NCBI GenBank assembly: GCA_951406725.2
Contig: OX597816.1
Coordinates: 33,914,001 to 33,978,000 of the forward strand
Length of the DNA stretch: 64,000 bases
Direction of reading: 5' to 3'
Source of the DNA: Octopus vulgaris
Lineage: Eukaryota
Below the pieces are notes generated by a model, which was not told the origin of the DNA, made no database searches, and was given only the letters and a program-made list of their open reading frames with translations. The translations under genes and the position numbers were made by a program. Every line of letters begins with the position of its first letter. Position 1 is the first letter of the stretch. Shown piece after piece: positions 40,690 through 54,721 of this stretch.

Positions 40690-41435
40690 ACACATGGAAC
40701 AACTTAGACCAACACGAGAAAGACAAACTCATCAACAGAATAATATATTATTTCGAGTAATACACAATTCGCATCTCCAGAATATCTTTATATATAAAAG
40801 TAAGGTTTTGTGCTGTCTGTCTCCTACGATTTAGATTCCTAACTACTCCCACATTTTGCGGTGCAGTTTAACCAAAACCGAGTATCTTATAGTCGTAATT
40901 CATATCGAGCCCTTCTGGGTATTAGCGCTCGTCTACGGTGAGTCTACGATTTAAAAAAAAATTACCCTCAATTTTTCCCATTTTTAATGCATTTTTGGCA
41001 TATATAAGGGAAGTAACTCTCTAAAAAATTATTATTAAATCTCAGAACGTAAAAAGCTACAGTAACACCACCCCACTTTGTGGTTAGCCATATTGAGATG
41101 GCTATTATATTTTACATCTCTAAAAATGCTTATATAGTTATTTCCCTTATAAACCCGAGCAACGCCGGGCGATACTGCTAGTTTTTAATATCATCAAAAC
41201 AAATATACCAATCATTAAACAAAAAAAGAAAAAGCATAAATAATCAAACATCATAAGCAAAAGGCAACCACATGACCTAAAGAAACTATTAACAAAAGCA
41301 AAATTCAACATGAACAAACAGAATAAAACATTCTCAATAACCAAGTGCAATGATAACAGATGTGGAACGTGTCATACATGCATACTGGTAGATCCATTAG
41401 AATAAAAACAAAAGGACAGATATGAACTGCAAAAT
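40690..41435 (+). pseudogene. Decayed Penelope-like fragment (RT-EN linker) interrupted by a Helitron
   Basis: EQLR..IHNSHLQNI|FNIIKTNIPII, SKRQPHDLKKLLTKAKFN, KCNDNRCGTC, DMNCK align with the 1620-3797 protein. Confidence 0.85.
40785..41181 (+). mobile_element. Non-autonomous Helitron (397 bp)
   Basis: 5' TC, 3' CTAG, hairpin cccgagc-aac-gccggg ~12 nt before the end, inserted between A and T with no target duplication. Confidence 0.9.
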
Positions 41436-41871
41436 AAAGCATAATAGCCCGAAAATACTCGTTTGTCATTTCCATTATAGAAGTGAAAAATATTTGTTAA
41501 AATTCAACTGCACTCTTGAAAATTTTCATGAAGAACAAGGACAAGGTGAACTTACTATCTGCTTTTATAGCAAGTTGATGCAAGCTGTTTATCCCTTGCG
41601 TCTTCGATTTTTAGTTCATGTAATTGAAACAAATCTGCATTATTTATGGGATGACCCGATACTTGAGTGTGTATAGGAGTTACAGTGTATCTCAATGTCT
41701 ACTTCACACGGTAAATCTTCAAAGATTTGCCAGGACACTCACAATTTTATTTCATGTTTATTACGACAGGGTGACAATGAACAAGATGTAAATTTGACTT
41801 AAACGCTATTATTATTGATGACAATGTATTACAAGAACCCTTATGCACACACATTCGCTCACCCATTCACA

Positions 41872-41933
<62 letters not shown>

Positions 41934-43829
41934 TCCATTTCAATATAACTCGATTTCTTTATTTATATATTCACGTATTTATTTTCTTTACTGATAACAG
42001 ATCTTAGGTGATTGTGTCCAAAATAAGACATCATTGTATATATATGTAAGAATTTGGATGTAAGTGATCGTGATAATTATGTTCATAATATTGCTGCTGC
42101 AGATGATGACCACACACACACACACAAACACAAACACACATACACACACACTCACAGAAATTCACACATACATGCGTTAAGCAAGTAACTAAAAATACAT
42201 GTAAATAGAAAGTTCTAAAGGAGGAAATGGGCTTTATGTTCAATATTTAGGTACTGATACTAAATTGTCTAAATATAAAATTAACGGTATTGTTGCAAAA
42301 ACAAAAGTGAGCAAATATTTCTTTTAATGAGCCGAGAAATATTAAAAATATCGAATAATCGTTTGAGAATTAAAATTCCCTGAAATATCAAGTCTAGATA
42401 GCCACTAAGAAATGTCGTAATCATTATCATATATATTTTTAATATATTATTCTTAATACGTAGTACATCTTAATATTGTTTAGAATAAATAACGTTTGTC
42501 AATGGATTATTAATTACTTAGCACCATTGGATTTAAGAGTTATGTTTCTGAAATTTTCTTGGAAGTTCTAATGCTTGGATTAAGAATTAGATTCAAGCCC
42601 AAAATACAAGAAGCAACAATGTAGGCTTGTTCAGAGAAAAATAATAGTTAACGTCGTTTATGTTCTGAGCAAGATCACTGAAATAAGCAGAGCGTTTACA
42701 TAAATGCAGAAGCCTTCTATGTGTGTTGCATAGATCACACAAAATCTCTTAGTTAATGAATAAATAGTTAACATATTAATCTACATTTAATTATCTTACG
42801 CGTAATCTGAAATGTGTAATGGAAACAAAGTGTAATGAATATTTGAAATGAAATATGGAGTGATGAGATGTAGTGAAGAGTAAGATAGAAGTATGTGTGA
42901 AAAACCAACATGTTTTTAAAATATGAAATAATTACGTGCTGTGTTTGAAATCACATAGTGTACGTATTGAGGTAAGAAGATCAACCATCAACAATATCCA
43001 TCATGAGGACAAAGGAAGCCTCTTAGCTGCAGCAAAGAAAGGTCAGCTAATATTTCTTATTATTATTAGTGAGATTGGAAGAGATGGATCTAGGTTTTCT
43101 CATAAAGACAGGCAGGTAGTTAGAATCTCAAGTACATTACCGACGACTTCCAATATAAGAATTATAATAATACTGAAACAACCACAGTCACCATTAAATA
43201 TTTGATGACCATCTTTACTTGAGATGAAAATATATACGAAAGAAATTAAATCCGATTTTGTGATATAATGCATTGACAAGTAAGTAACTATTAATGCAAG
43301 GAGATTGAAATATGCTTAGACTCTATCTTTACATATGTTTATTTTGCCTGAATGTCTATAAGCAAAAGGAAAGTCTCATCAAGGTTTTAACGAAGTTCGT
43401 GACTCCTGAAAAGAATTACGGAGAAAAATTTACTGGTCATTGTGTCAATGTGGAATTACAATGAGATAAGGAGAAACGAAAGGAAATTGATGTTTGTAAT
43501 AAAGCTCAATGGAAGAATTTTACTTGACATCTTATAAGAAGAAGAAAAATATGCCTAAAATACTTGGAGACAACTGAAAAAAATGTGTTATATATGTCAT
43601 CGGTGACACATCTAATCTGCACACATGGAAAGGCACCTTAAATTTTACAAGAGTCTCTCTATTTCAATCCACATTCCTTGGAACATGCGCTTGGCTTAGA
43701 TTTTCCTTTGGGGCTGACCAGGTAGGAGCAATCTCAAGATTAATCAACCTAAATTGCGAGGATGATCCGGTTATTGACTGAATATTGAAGGCTTCGAATG
43801 CCCCATCCGTGTATTTGGTATCGTCTTCT

Positions 43830-45100
43830 AAATGTTCTTGGTATCGTCTTCTAAAATTATTTTCCCAGACTTATCGCTCAATTTCCCATGAGTTGTGGAA
43901 TTTGTACAATGGTAATATTATAAATTGTTTCTCACCACTTGTTGGCAGGTTGTTGCTTAAAGGTATCTAACGGACATCAGGACCCTTATTTTATTGTCGG
44001 AGTACACGTGAATCTTCCGCTAAGGCATTCCCAGTCTGACCAACGTATATCTTTTCACAATTCGGACATTTCATGCACTATGTTAAATTTCTGTCTTTGC
44101 AGTTCAGATTTGTGTGTTCATATACCGACCGGTATGTATGAACTGATCTGTACCACATCGAATATCATCGATTTCGATACAAGGAATAATTCGTCGTTGT
44201 TGTTTCTGTCAAGCTTTGCATTTTCATCAATTGCATCAAGTCCTCTGATCCTTAGAACGATCCGTGATTATATAATTTAATTCATTACTTTGAGCAATGA
44301 TCGGCAACGTTGCTTTGGCAATGCTATAGATATTTTGGTGTCACATATTGTGTGACACTATAAATGGTATGACCTGTTCTTGTTTCCTCTTTTTCGGGGT
44401 TGCCCTAAGTAGTTGGATGGATATTTCTATATCAAACTCTATACCATTTACTCTAAGTAGAGACAGTTATTTTTGATTGAGTAGAAATTCTTTCAGCTCT
44501 GTTAGGCCTTTGTGGCTGGTGTTTTTGTGGCAAGGCAGTTTGGGATATTGCGTTTTGTACGCGTTGAATGGCACGACTGAAAGTTCAGGTACAGATGCAT
44601 GTCTGAGTGTTTATTGAATATATCAGTGGTGATGGTGGTGTCACTTCTAATTACCATTATATCTAGAAATGGTAATCTAGTACTAAGCATCTCTTTTGTA
44701 AATCGGATTGTTCGGAGCAGATTGGTCAGGAAGATATGAAATTCTTCGAGAGTATTTAAAATTTATGTCCATATAACAAAGTAATTGTCAACGTATCTCA
44801 TCTATGTATCTTCAATATACCTTCTAAATTCAGTGCCGTAGTTTTCCTCTTTGATGGAGTTGTTTTTCTAAGTATCTCATTTTGGGTTTCCATAGATATA
44901 CCTCTGACTTCAATGTAATTGAATGTGTTATGTTCAAGGATAAGTTTCTCTGAGTCTAATATAAATGATACGGTGCATCTATTGGGAAACAATTCATTAT
45001 GTTTTTCCACCCAGTATTTAATCGCCTTTATCCCTAAATCATGTGGATTATTGGTGTAAATGCTTGGTATATCGAAACAAAGTAAAAGTGAATTCAATAT
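43830..45100 (-). pseudogene. Decayed relative of the 1620-3797 Penelope-like RT/GIY-YIG
   Basis: FDIPSIYTNNPHDLGIKAIKYW, TRLPFLDIMVI..SCHSTRTKRNIP; nucleotide similarity to ~1630-3010; 5' end abuts (TCTA)n/(TA)n. Confidence 0.9.
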
Positions 45101-45137
45101 ACGCATCTATCCATCTATCTTTGTATGTATCTATCTT

Positions 45138-45190
<53 letters not shown>

Positions 45191-45194
45191 AATA

Positions 45195-45253
<59 letters not shown>

Positions 45254-45730
45254 GCATCTCTATCTATCTATCAATCTATATATGTATGCAGTTGTATTTA
45301 TGCATACATGCATGTACATGTATGTAGAAACTAGTACAGTTAATAATGCCAGTAAATATACATATACCATGTTTAAGTGAACTGAAAAACGATAACAGAA
45401 ATAGACTTAACAACGACAACTTCCTCTATATAAACAGATATTTTAATAGAATTTTGCATTGTAAAATGTTGAACAAAATTTCGAATATTTTAAAAACTAA
45501 AATCCTCTAGTCAATGACAGAGAAATCATCATTCTACATTTTTAAGCAGGAAGAGACTTTGCAGAATCTATTCAATTTAATAATCTATTTTATTTGCCAA
45601 AACTTTACGAAAAAAAATATTCTAAAAATGATTTTCTTTGTTATAGTGTTTCTCTGTGCGCAGTTTCAAATTATGTTTATTCTCTTTCTTAGGTGCATAT
45701 GGAATATTGAATGTAATTTTGGGTGTATAC

Positions 45731-45914
45731 TTCAAAAATAGAGATACAAAAGTCGAAATTCATAAACATAGATTGTAACCTTATACAGTTAGAATTTATT
45801 CTCGGTTTCCACTATTCTATGAGAAACCAACAAAAAACTTATAAAATACAAACTTTAGAATGCGGTAAAAAATCTATGTTTACAAATTTCGACTTTTGTA
45901 TCTCTATTTCTGAA
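45731..45914. repeat. Inverted repeat with 44-bp arms (MITE-like fold-back core)
   Basis: 45731-45774 pairs with 45871-45914, about 3 mismatches. Confidence 0.85.
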
Positions 45915-46291
45915 TTTTTTTTAATGACTGTTCCTTTAGAAGTAACAGTGGTACAATCTTGGAAAATGTACCTTGGAAAATCTTGGAAAATGAAAGCCAA
46001 ACAAGTTGCGGAAGACATGGAATGATGATATGAGATGTCTATGCCAGATGACGTCAGAAAAAAAAAACGTGATAAGTTTTGACAGATGCGAGGTATGGAC
46101 GTTAATTACCATTGGCAACTGAACACTTTGCATACAAAAGAAAAACTGGTAAATCTTTGGGGTCTGGTACCCACATCGTAAATGGAAATCAGACGAAAAG
46201 CAATTTTGGTCATTTCAAACCCTGTATTGACTTTTTTCACTTATTTTCCACATCTTTGTTGGTGGTGATTTCAAAATACATCTACATATAT

Positions 46292-46369
46292 ATTCTTTAC
46301 TCCTTTACTTGTTTCAGTCATTTGACTACGGCCATACTGAAGCACTGCCTTTAGTCGGGCAAATTGACT
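46292..46369 (-). mobile_element. SINE family A 3' fragment
   Basis: tttacttgtttcagtcatttgactacggccatactgaagcac. Confidence 0.75.
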
Positions 46370-47896
46370 AAAGTAACATTTAGTAACATAAAGTTGAGGG
46401 GGTTTAAATGGAACTTTATGCAAATAAAATAAAATTAAAAAAATATAGGTATATTATATAGTAAGGAAAGATATAAGTTTAAAAAAGAGACATATTGAGA
46501 GAAAAGGAGATGTAGGGAGAGATACATAAATTGTTAACCCAATAAGTGGTGGGTCACACAATTGTAACAAGGGCATGTTAAATAAGAAATATCAAGATAG
46601 TGTAAGATATGGTGATGTAAGGTAGAAATATTTAACAAATGTTTCAAAAATAATCTTAGCAAGCGGGGAGTGAAGAATTACTTAAGATTCATAAATAGGA
46701 ATTTGGTCATGTGTTTACATGAGGAAACTATTTCATCCCTAGTATTAACTAAATTTCCAGTCATTCTCATTATGCTATAGCTTTCTTCCAGACACAACTT
46801 ACAAATTATATTATTATATCTGTAAGTGGTGGAGGGGATACGATTTTCTAAGAAACTGAGAAATCAGCGTTGTTTCTTTTGAGGTGCCAAACCTTTTTTA
46901 GATAGACCTCTGTTATTCTCTTTCCCAGAGTCCCTAAAAGAACATCTGTGATTATAAATTTGCGATTAAATTATTTAAGTGAATTGTGCAACCCACGTAT
47001 ATGTATTTAGAGTAGTCCTGAGTTATAATTGCTTGGTATACATCTTTTACTTTTGCATTTTATATCTACTTCACAGGCATTTGCGCGTCTACAATTATAA
47101 TTTAAATGATTGGGTGTTGCTATGGTGCTATGAATACATTTATTAGGGCTAATGGAATATTGGCTATCATGATTATAGTAGTTGATAATTATAGGGTTAT
47201 TGGACGTACTAGGTACATTTAACGTAGTGTTTGTCTTTATTGAATAAATCTAGTTTCTTATTGTTAAAGGAAGAGATTATCGTAAAGAGGTTTGTAGAGA
47301 CTGAAAATTAAAATCTAAGTTTTTTATTATTAAATATTTTAGCATAATTCGAGTTTTTGAATGTTCTATTAATTAGCATTGTAATGGTGCTAATAAAGTT
47401 GGATTTTAGATAATTGGCAGCAGGGATTATGATCCAAATAGTGTTATTGCTGTTTCCTTTATTGAAATGATATGATGTGTTGTTGTTGTTGGTTGGTGGT
47501 GGTGGTGGGGGGGGGGTCAGCTATTCTCACAATAGTTATTGGTTTCATATTTGCTATTCTATTCCCATCTGTATTAATTTGAATTGTATGGTTATGTGTA
47601 TTATTGAAAGAATTAGGTGAATTTAGATTATTTTCAATCTTTCTGTTTATTGCTTTAATATTCCTATTTATATATATTATTAAACAGTTTTGGTGTGTGT
47701 TGTCAGCATTCTTGGGTTTATTGATATTACTTTTTGTGTGGTTAATAAGGTGATAATTACTGAAATTCACATTATATTTTTCTTTTAGTAAACTTAAGGT
47801 TATAGTGCTCGCAATGATTAAGTTTATTAGTGTGCTTATTGTACTTGTGATTTTCATGTTTTTTCTAAAGTTGTGTTGGTGACTATTATTGAGAGG

Positions 47897-47897
<1 letters not shown>
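46370..47897 (-). mobile_element. Decayed Penelope-like element of a second family (GIY-YIG C-terminus plus Asn/Ile-rich region), ending at (TA)n
   Basis: Minus strand KCKSK..VYQAII..KYIYV and GNLVNTRDEIVSSCKHMTKF (~LNKRSELISKCRHKNKF terminal motif of such elements). Confidence 0.7.
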
Positions 47898-47954
<57 letters not shown>

Positions 47955-48379
47955 GTTTACTGGGGTGTACTAATTAATCACTAAAAGTACCTGCGTTATA
48001 CATTTCAAAATGAAGTTTGGTATTTTCAGTTTTGAAGCTGTCGTTTATATTATACTTAATTTCATGCTTATTTCATTATTATATCTCTGTACGAAACGAT
48101 CGTATGAATTAAAATTCTCTTATATATTTTAACATCTTGTCGTCTACATTTTTAAATAAATTATTGAATTTTATTGGATTTCTTTCCACAAATTCACAAC
48201 ACATCATATAGAAGTATTATTTTCATATTCGCAAATTTATGCTTGTAAACTACCAGCAATATATGAAGAATCAATATTCGAAATATTATTTGGAAGTCTC
48301 CAAATTAACGGACGAATCTAAATTCAACACTTCTACACTTTTACACCTACATAAACATATATATATGTATATACGTAAA

Positions 48380-48415
<36 letters not shown>

Positions 48416-48530
48416 TATATATACATATACACATATATATTATACATATATATATACATGTATACATATATATATGTATATATATATATACACATGCATA
48501 TAAACATATATATATGTAGTCAAAAATATA

Positions 48531-48777
48531 TACAGTCAAAAATTGTGAAGCATGACTGTCAACACTACTACATGAACCCGAATATTGCATTCAATGCATG
48601 AAAGTACTAGTTCAATCAGAATGAATATTTAACATTCTACTATTTCATTTTATTTTATTCAATTATAATATATTATCTTATAATATATCATTATAAGATT
48701 GTAAATAAAACGTGAAAATCAGACAAGGTTGGAATTCTTTTATTAATATATTCTTCTATACACAATCACACACACCC

Positions 48778-48779
<2 letters not shown>
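48531..48779 (+). mobile_element. Solo 3'-terminal fragment of the 917-4031 element inside (TA)n, with a mutated hammerhead (CCGAATA)
   Basis: Near-identical to the reverse complement of 917-1167, including the terminus cacaatcacacacaccc. Confidence 0.92.
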
Positions 48780-48813
<34 letters not shown>

Positions 48814-49236
48814 GTATATGTATATATATATATTTACATGTATATACACACATATATATATGTATATGTGCATATATATAGGTGTATGTATGCTTTTATG
48901 CAATGTGGGAAAATAACTTCACTTTTCATAGTTTCACTATGTATATATTGTATACATCATTAAGTGTTAATAATGAAACTATTAAAATTGAAACGTTTAT
49001 CTCACATTACAATACAGACGTTATTGTTTCACTTTTAACATGTAATACCGAAACAGCCTAAGCGTTTACTTCGGGCTCACATTAGGCCAGAATTTGTGAT
49101 ACTTTGTCCCATGACACGCCATGCATACTAATTAGCGGATGTGTATAATTTGAATCAAATCAATTGGGTAGTTCTCGAGTTTAGTGATACACATACAGAA
49201 ACACGGATAGACAGGCATACACGTACACAGTCTCAG

Positions 49237-49316
<80 letters not shown>

Positions 49317-49488
49317 AATATTAGGGAATAAATCCAAATTTACTGGGAAAAAATCAGATTTAGGATTAAATCCAATTTTATAGTAAAATATTATAAAATA
49401 TTATTAGAGACAAAACCACTATTTTGCAAAACAAACAAGGAAAGACTTAATCAATACATAAAATTTTAATAAATAGTCAAAAAAACCG

Positions 49489-49531
49489 CCACTACAATTG
49501 TTTCTTGTCTTGATCGACAATCTTCAGGTGG
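49489..49531 (-). ncRNA. Minimal type-I hammerhead ribozyme, canonical core
   Basis: Exact reverse complement of 50084-50126. Confidence 0.9.
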
Positions 49532-50083
49532 ACTTCCAATCTAAAATATCAATATTTTAAAATATAAAAATAATAATTTTAAAATAATTAAAGTATGAAT
49601 GAAAAAATATAAATATATAATCCATATATAACCTATATATAATCCATATATAATCAATATATAAACAATATATAAACTAAAATAAACCTATCAACAATTA
49701 AATATAAAATATAAAATATAAAATATAAAAAATAAAAAATATAAAACAAAACAAAATAATAATAATAATATAATAATAAACCATATATACACCAATACAC
49801 ATATACCTAATTATATATAACCATATCTAACTACATACACTAAATCACACACCTATATATATATCGCTATACATACACATAAAAACGTCTAGGCAACTAT
49901 AAATAAATAAAATAGCTAAATACTACAACACAATACTTATTCATACTCACACACACACACACATACAACCCACATTCACGCTCTAGAAAACGGACATCAC
50001 TTAAAATTATGTTCATTCATACTTTAATTATTTTAAAATTATTATTTTTATATTTTAAAATATTGATATTTTAGATTGGAAGT

Positions 50084-50126
50084 CCACCTGAAGATTGTCG
50101 ATCAAGACAAGAAACAATTGTAGTGG
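50084..50126 (+). ncRNA. Minimal type-I hammerhead ribozyme, canonical core; predicted cut after GUA at 50122
   Basis: CCAC-CUGAAGA-UUGUC-gaucaa-GACAA-GAAA-CAAUUG-UA-GUGG: perfect stems I and II, palindromic stem III ACAAUUGU. Confidence 0.9.
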
Positions 50127-50213
50127 CGGTTTTTTTGACTATTTATTAAAATTTTATGTATTGATTAAGTCTTTCCTTGTTTGTTTTGCAAAATAGTGGT
50201 TTTGTCTCTAATA

Positions 50214-50310
<97 letters not shown>

Positions 50311-51945
50311 ATATCTATTGTATATGTATATATATTTATATATATATATATGTATGTCGGTGTGTGTGTGTGTTAGGTGGTTGTTTGCGTGTGTGTGTGA
50401 GTGTATATATTTTTCTTATCTAAGGTAAATGTAATACTAATAAACCTGTTTTATATGTCCCTCTGCATGAAATGATATCATGCGTTATCAATCGAAAGAA
50501 GATAATTATGATATAGATAAGCATTAACAGTAAGAAGAGTTTTAACAAAATAGGAAAATACAACGGATTTCAGAACAATTGAAATAGAGAGATTACTTTA
50601 GTAGAAGTAGTATTTAACATATTCAGAAAATTTAGAAAGATAACTATCGAAAACTTTTCAAAAGGAAATAAAAAATTGCTTCACAAAGTATTCATAAATA
50701 TATTACATGAAATTGAACCTATAAATTATGACATTTGAATTAATTACTTATTTGATGCAAAAATTTCCGAAGTTATATACATAGCAAAATATTCCACACA
50801 ATAATGGAAATAAAATTACGAAATTAGTAACTTATACAAAATAAATTAATGCCGTGAAGTGTTTCAAACTCAATAAAAAGTGTTTTTCTTTGTTTTTGGT
50901 ACCAGGAAGAAATCACTAACAAAATCATTTAAAATATTATGATATAAATGTAATATATGAGAAGCATATATTAAAATGAAACTGTATAATATGTAACATT
51001 AAAAATAGATATTAATTTGAAACAATGAAATTATATTGATTGGAATGACTGTGAAAAAATAATAAAAACACAAATGCTTAAAACCAGACGATCACATAAG
51101 AACATATTTGAATAAATAAAAGATAATATATATTTTTGAAAAATTAATATCATAAAAACATACCAAAAAGAAAACACCCATGTATGTATATGTATGCATA
51201 TTTATATATGTGTGTATATTATATGTAAATTATTATTTAGTCAGATTTAAAATTGTCAAGCGTAAATTATCGACATATTACCACATGTACACGCAATTCC
51301 TATTTCTAATGATGCAAAGAATTACTGAACCTATTCCAATTATCAGCTCCACACTTTTCATACGTACGCATACAATGTGTGGACTGAAATCCCAGCTAAA
51401 AGGCCGACGGTATGTGCAATCATAATTATTTAGGTTGTCTTTCGATGTTTGAAGTAGTGATACCTGAAACAACATTGTACCGTTTAGTACATCAACAGTT
51501 TATAGCAGATTTGGCATAGGAGTGTAGCTATATTTGTGTGTGTGTATGCGTTTATTGTGTGTGTGTGTATGGAGGGTGTAACCATAAAAGCAAAACGTAT
51601 ATTATAGAAGATAAGGTTCATAAGATATTATGATTAAAGCTTATTTAGCTGCGAGTATTAGCTATTTGAAAAATCCAGTTAGAGATATCATTCACATATA
51701 TAATTAACGTGGCAATAGATATACACTGTTATGGTTAGATAATATTGATAATACTACTATACTTTTTAAATACACGTGCAATGCTAGATATTTTTGTGAG
51801 AGGGGTCTCGTCCATTATATGACCCCCAATAATTGGCTGTTATTTATTTGATAGATTCCAGAAAGATGAAAATCAAAGTAGACATTTAAATTCAGAAATG
51901 AGAAATACGCAAACTGCCGGTGTACTATAATAATAATAATAATAA

Positions 51946-52031
<86 letters not shown>

Positions 52032-52652
52032 ATAGTAATAATAATAACTTCAATTTCCTATGAGTATTTTCAATTTCCCTCAAAATAAGTTTAGAAATTT
52101 ACATATCTACAGTTTTGGAACACACAAACGATCATCTTTAAAAACTAATATCTACAACTTTCCTTTCTCCTTCAGTATTCGAAATTGTAAACAACCTTTA
52201 TATTGTAAGAACACTACACTTTCCTCTATTGCACATACAAACAATCAACTCTAGTAACTTTGAAAATTTTATTATCTACAATTTTCTGTGAAAAATTTAC
52301 CTTTTCTCTCATTTCCTTTCTCCCCGAGTAATCGACAATGTAAACATATTTTTTATTGCAAAATAACTACAGCCTTCTCTGGGCGGACATAGAAACGAAT
52401 ATCTTTTAAAATGTTTAAATATTTAATATCTTTATAATTTTCTGTATAAATTACACCTTTCTTTTCTCCCAGAATTCTCGAACATATAAATACACCTTTT
52501 ATTGCAAGAACACAATTAAAACCACGATAAAAATTAAGGAGGTAAGCATAATTACAAAAAACGTAAACCCTAGCAAAACTTATAAAGAGGAAAGTAAATT
52601 TCAAAAAAATATATGTTTCAGAAATTCAAAAGATCAATGATGTGTGTGTATG

Positions 52653-52694
<42 letters not shown>

Positions 52695-52695
<1 letters not shown>

Positions 52696-52871
52696 TCTTT
52701 TACTCTTTTATTTGTTTATCATGTTATTGCATCCATGCCGGAGCACAGCCTTTAGTCAAACAAATCTTCCCCAGAACTTATTCTTTGTAAGTCAACTACG
52801 TATTCTCTTTGCCGAACCGCTAAGTTTGTCAAGTGACGGTCGAAGGACAAACATACACACGCACAAATATA

Positions 52872-52910
<39 letters not shown>

Positions 52911-52945
52911 ATATATATATGTATATATATATATCTATATATATA

Positions 52946-53017
<72 letters not shown>

Positions 53018-53180
53018 ATATAAATGACGGGCTGCTTTCAGTTTTCGTCTACCAAATCCACTCACAAGGATTTGGTTGGCCTGAGACTGTAGTAGAAGAA
53101 ACTTGCCCAAGATGTCACGCAGTTTGATTGAACCTGGAAATATGTGATTGGTAAGCAAAGTGCTTACTACACAGCCACAC
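52695..53180 (-). mobile_element. SINE family A with expanded internal (TA)n
   Basis: Reverse complement similar to 23521-23923. Confidence 0.85.
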
Positions 53181-53880
53181 CTTATTTTTTTCTGTCAGTA
53201 ATTAAAAATAGACCAAGATGAATTTGGTCTTGTCAAGGCCAACGTCAACGTTCTCATTGATCGCTAGTATTAGCAAACTCATTTGACCTCTGCTGAACTT
53301 AAGAGTGTGTGGGTTCTTTTGTCTCCTTATCGCACAGGAATGCTTGGCTATGGTTAATCTGGAAGCATGCCCCCCCCCCCCCCAGGAGAGAGCCAGCCTG
53401 CGGTCGAAAAGATATCCACTGGCACAAACTTTTCTCTGAATACGAACAAAAATTAGGTAAAATAAAAAGCGGGAAAATTATCCAGAATCCTTGTCCGGCA
53501 CCTGATCGACCCTGATGGTTATTGTGGAATATGAAGTAGGGTGTGCAGACCATGTTTGTAATGTGTGTGCATCGTCTGTAGTAGGAATATGGACAATTTT
53601 CTCTAAAACAATCTTTCATAGTCTATCCACTGATATTGTGTCTTTACGACTATTAAGGTCTACTGTGAAAAATGCATCTGTGCTTCAAAGAAAACGGAAA
53701 GCACCTGCGTACGATGCGCACAAAAAAACGTAAGTCCAAGAAATAAGGCTTCCTTCAAACCAGGGCTAGAAATGCAATCAAGTAGTCATCAAGTGTTAAC
53801 CAGGACCAATATAGTCAAAATTAGTACCACTAAAAATTGTCGAGGATAAATTAAGTCTATCATTGTTACAGTAACAATGA

Positions 53881-53906
53881 TAGGGTTAGGGTTAGGGTTA
53901 GGGTTA
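53881..53906 (+). repeat. Short interstitial (TTAGGG)~4
   Basis: tagggttagggttagggttagggtta. Confidence 0.8.
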
Positions 53907-54721
53907 TTTAATTTTTGAACTGTTTTGCTTCTGTTCGTTTATGCAGTTTGATTTCTTTATCTGTCATTTTTTACTAATATAGAGACGCAAGTAAAATTAA
54001 TAATAGAGAAACGGAAATAAAACTTTGGAAACAGCAACACCGCCATAACGTACGTGGAAACATGAGCGTACGTTCAATGGAGATAATCAGAGAAAGACTT
54101 CAAAGTGAATGTAAGGACTTAATACTTCATGTAAAGTAAATTAAATATATGAAATAATCCAGAATCCTTGACCAGGAACGGATTGATCTCAAAATCTAAG
54201 CCTTTCTTGCCAGTCACGAGGCCACACATAACACGAGTGAAAACAAAACCTCCGCTTTAGTGAAGGCAGAGGTAATGATATTGCTAATAATACTAATAAT
54301 ACTAATAACAATAATAATAATAATAACTTCAATATCAACAACTTGTGTGAATACCTATCGGAAATGTAAACATCCTTTTTATTCTAAGAACAATACAATT
54401 TCTCTCTATGCTGACATGCAAAATACCATATGTAATAAATCTTTAAAAGTTTATATATTAAGTTTTGTGTAAGACTGATTTAGAGACTGATTTAAATAAT
54501 AGAGACTGATTTAAATAATCATACCAATTCATGAAAAACTTCATAAGTTACTGAACAATAAGTTAACCACAAATTTAATCAATATTAACTTAATTTAAAC
54601 TCCTCCCTAAAATACCCACCACCTAAATACTTAATTACCACAACACAAACTTCCTGACACCCAACAAAAGCTTTCACTCAAAAGAAACTCTATGAATTCC
54701 TGATTAACCTCAATGCATCGC

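Larger units (their letters stand above)
49313..50223. mobile_element. Non-coding fold-back element with 212-bp inverted arms, each carrying a canonical hammerhead, embedded in (TA)n
   Basis: 49392-49603 is the reverse complement of 50012-50223; 408-bp AT-rich spacer; TA tracts on both sides. Confidence 0.9.
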
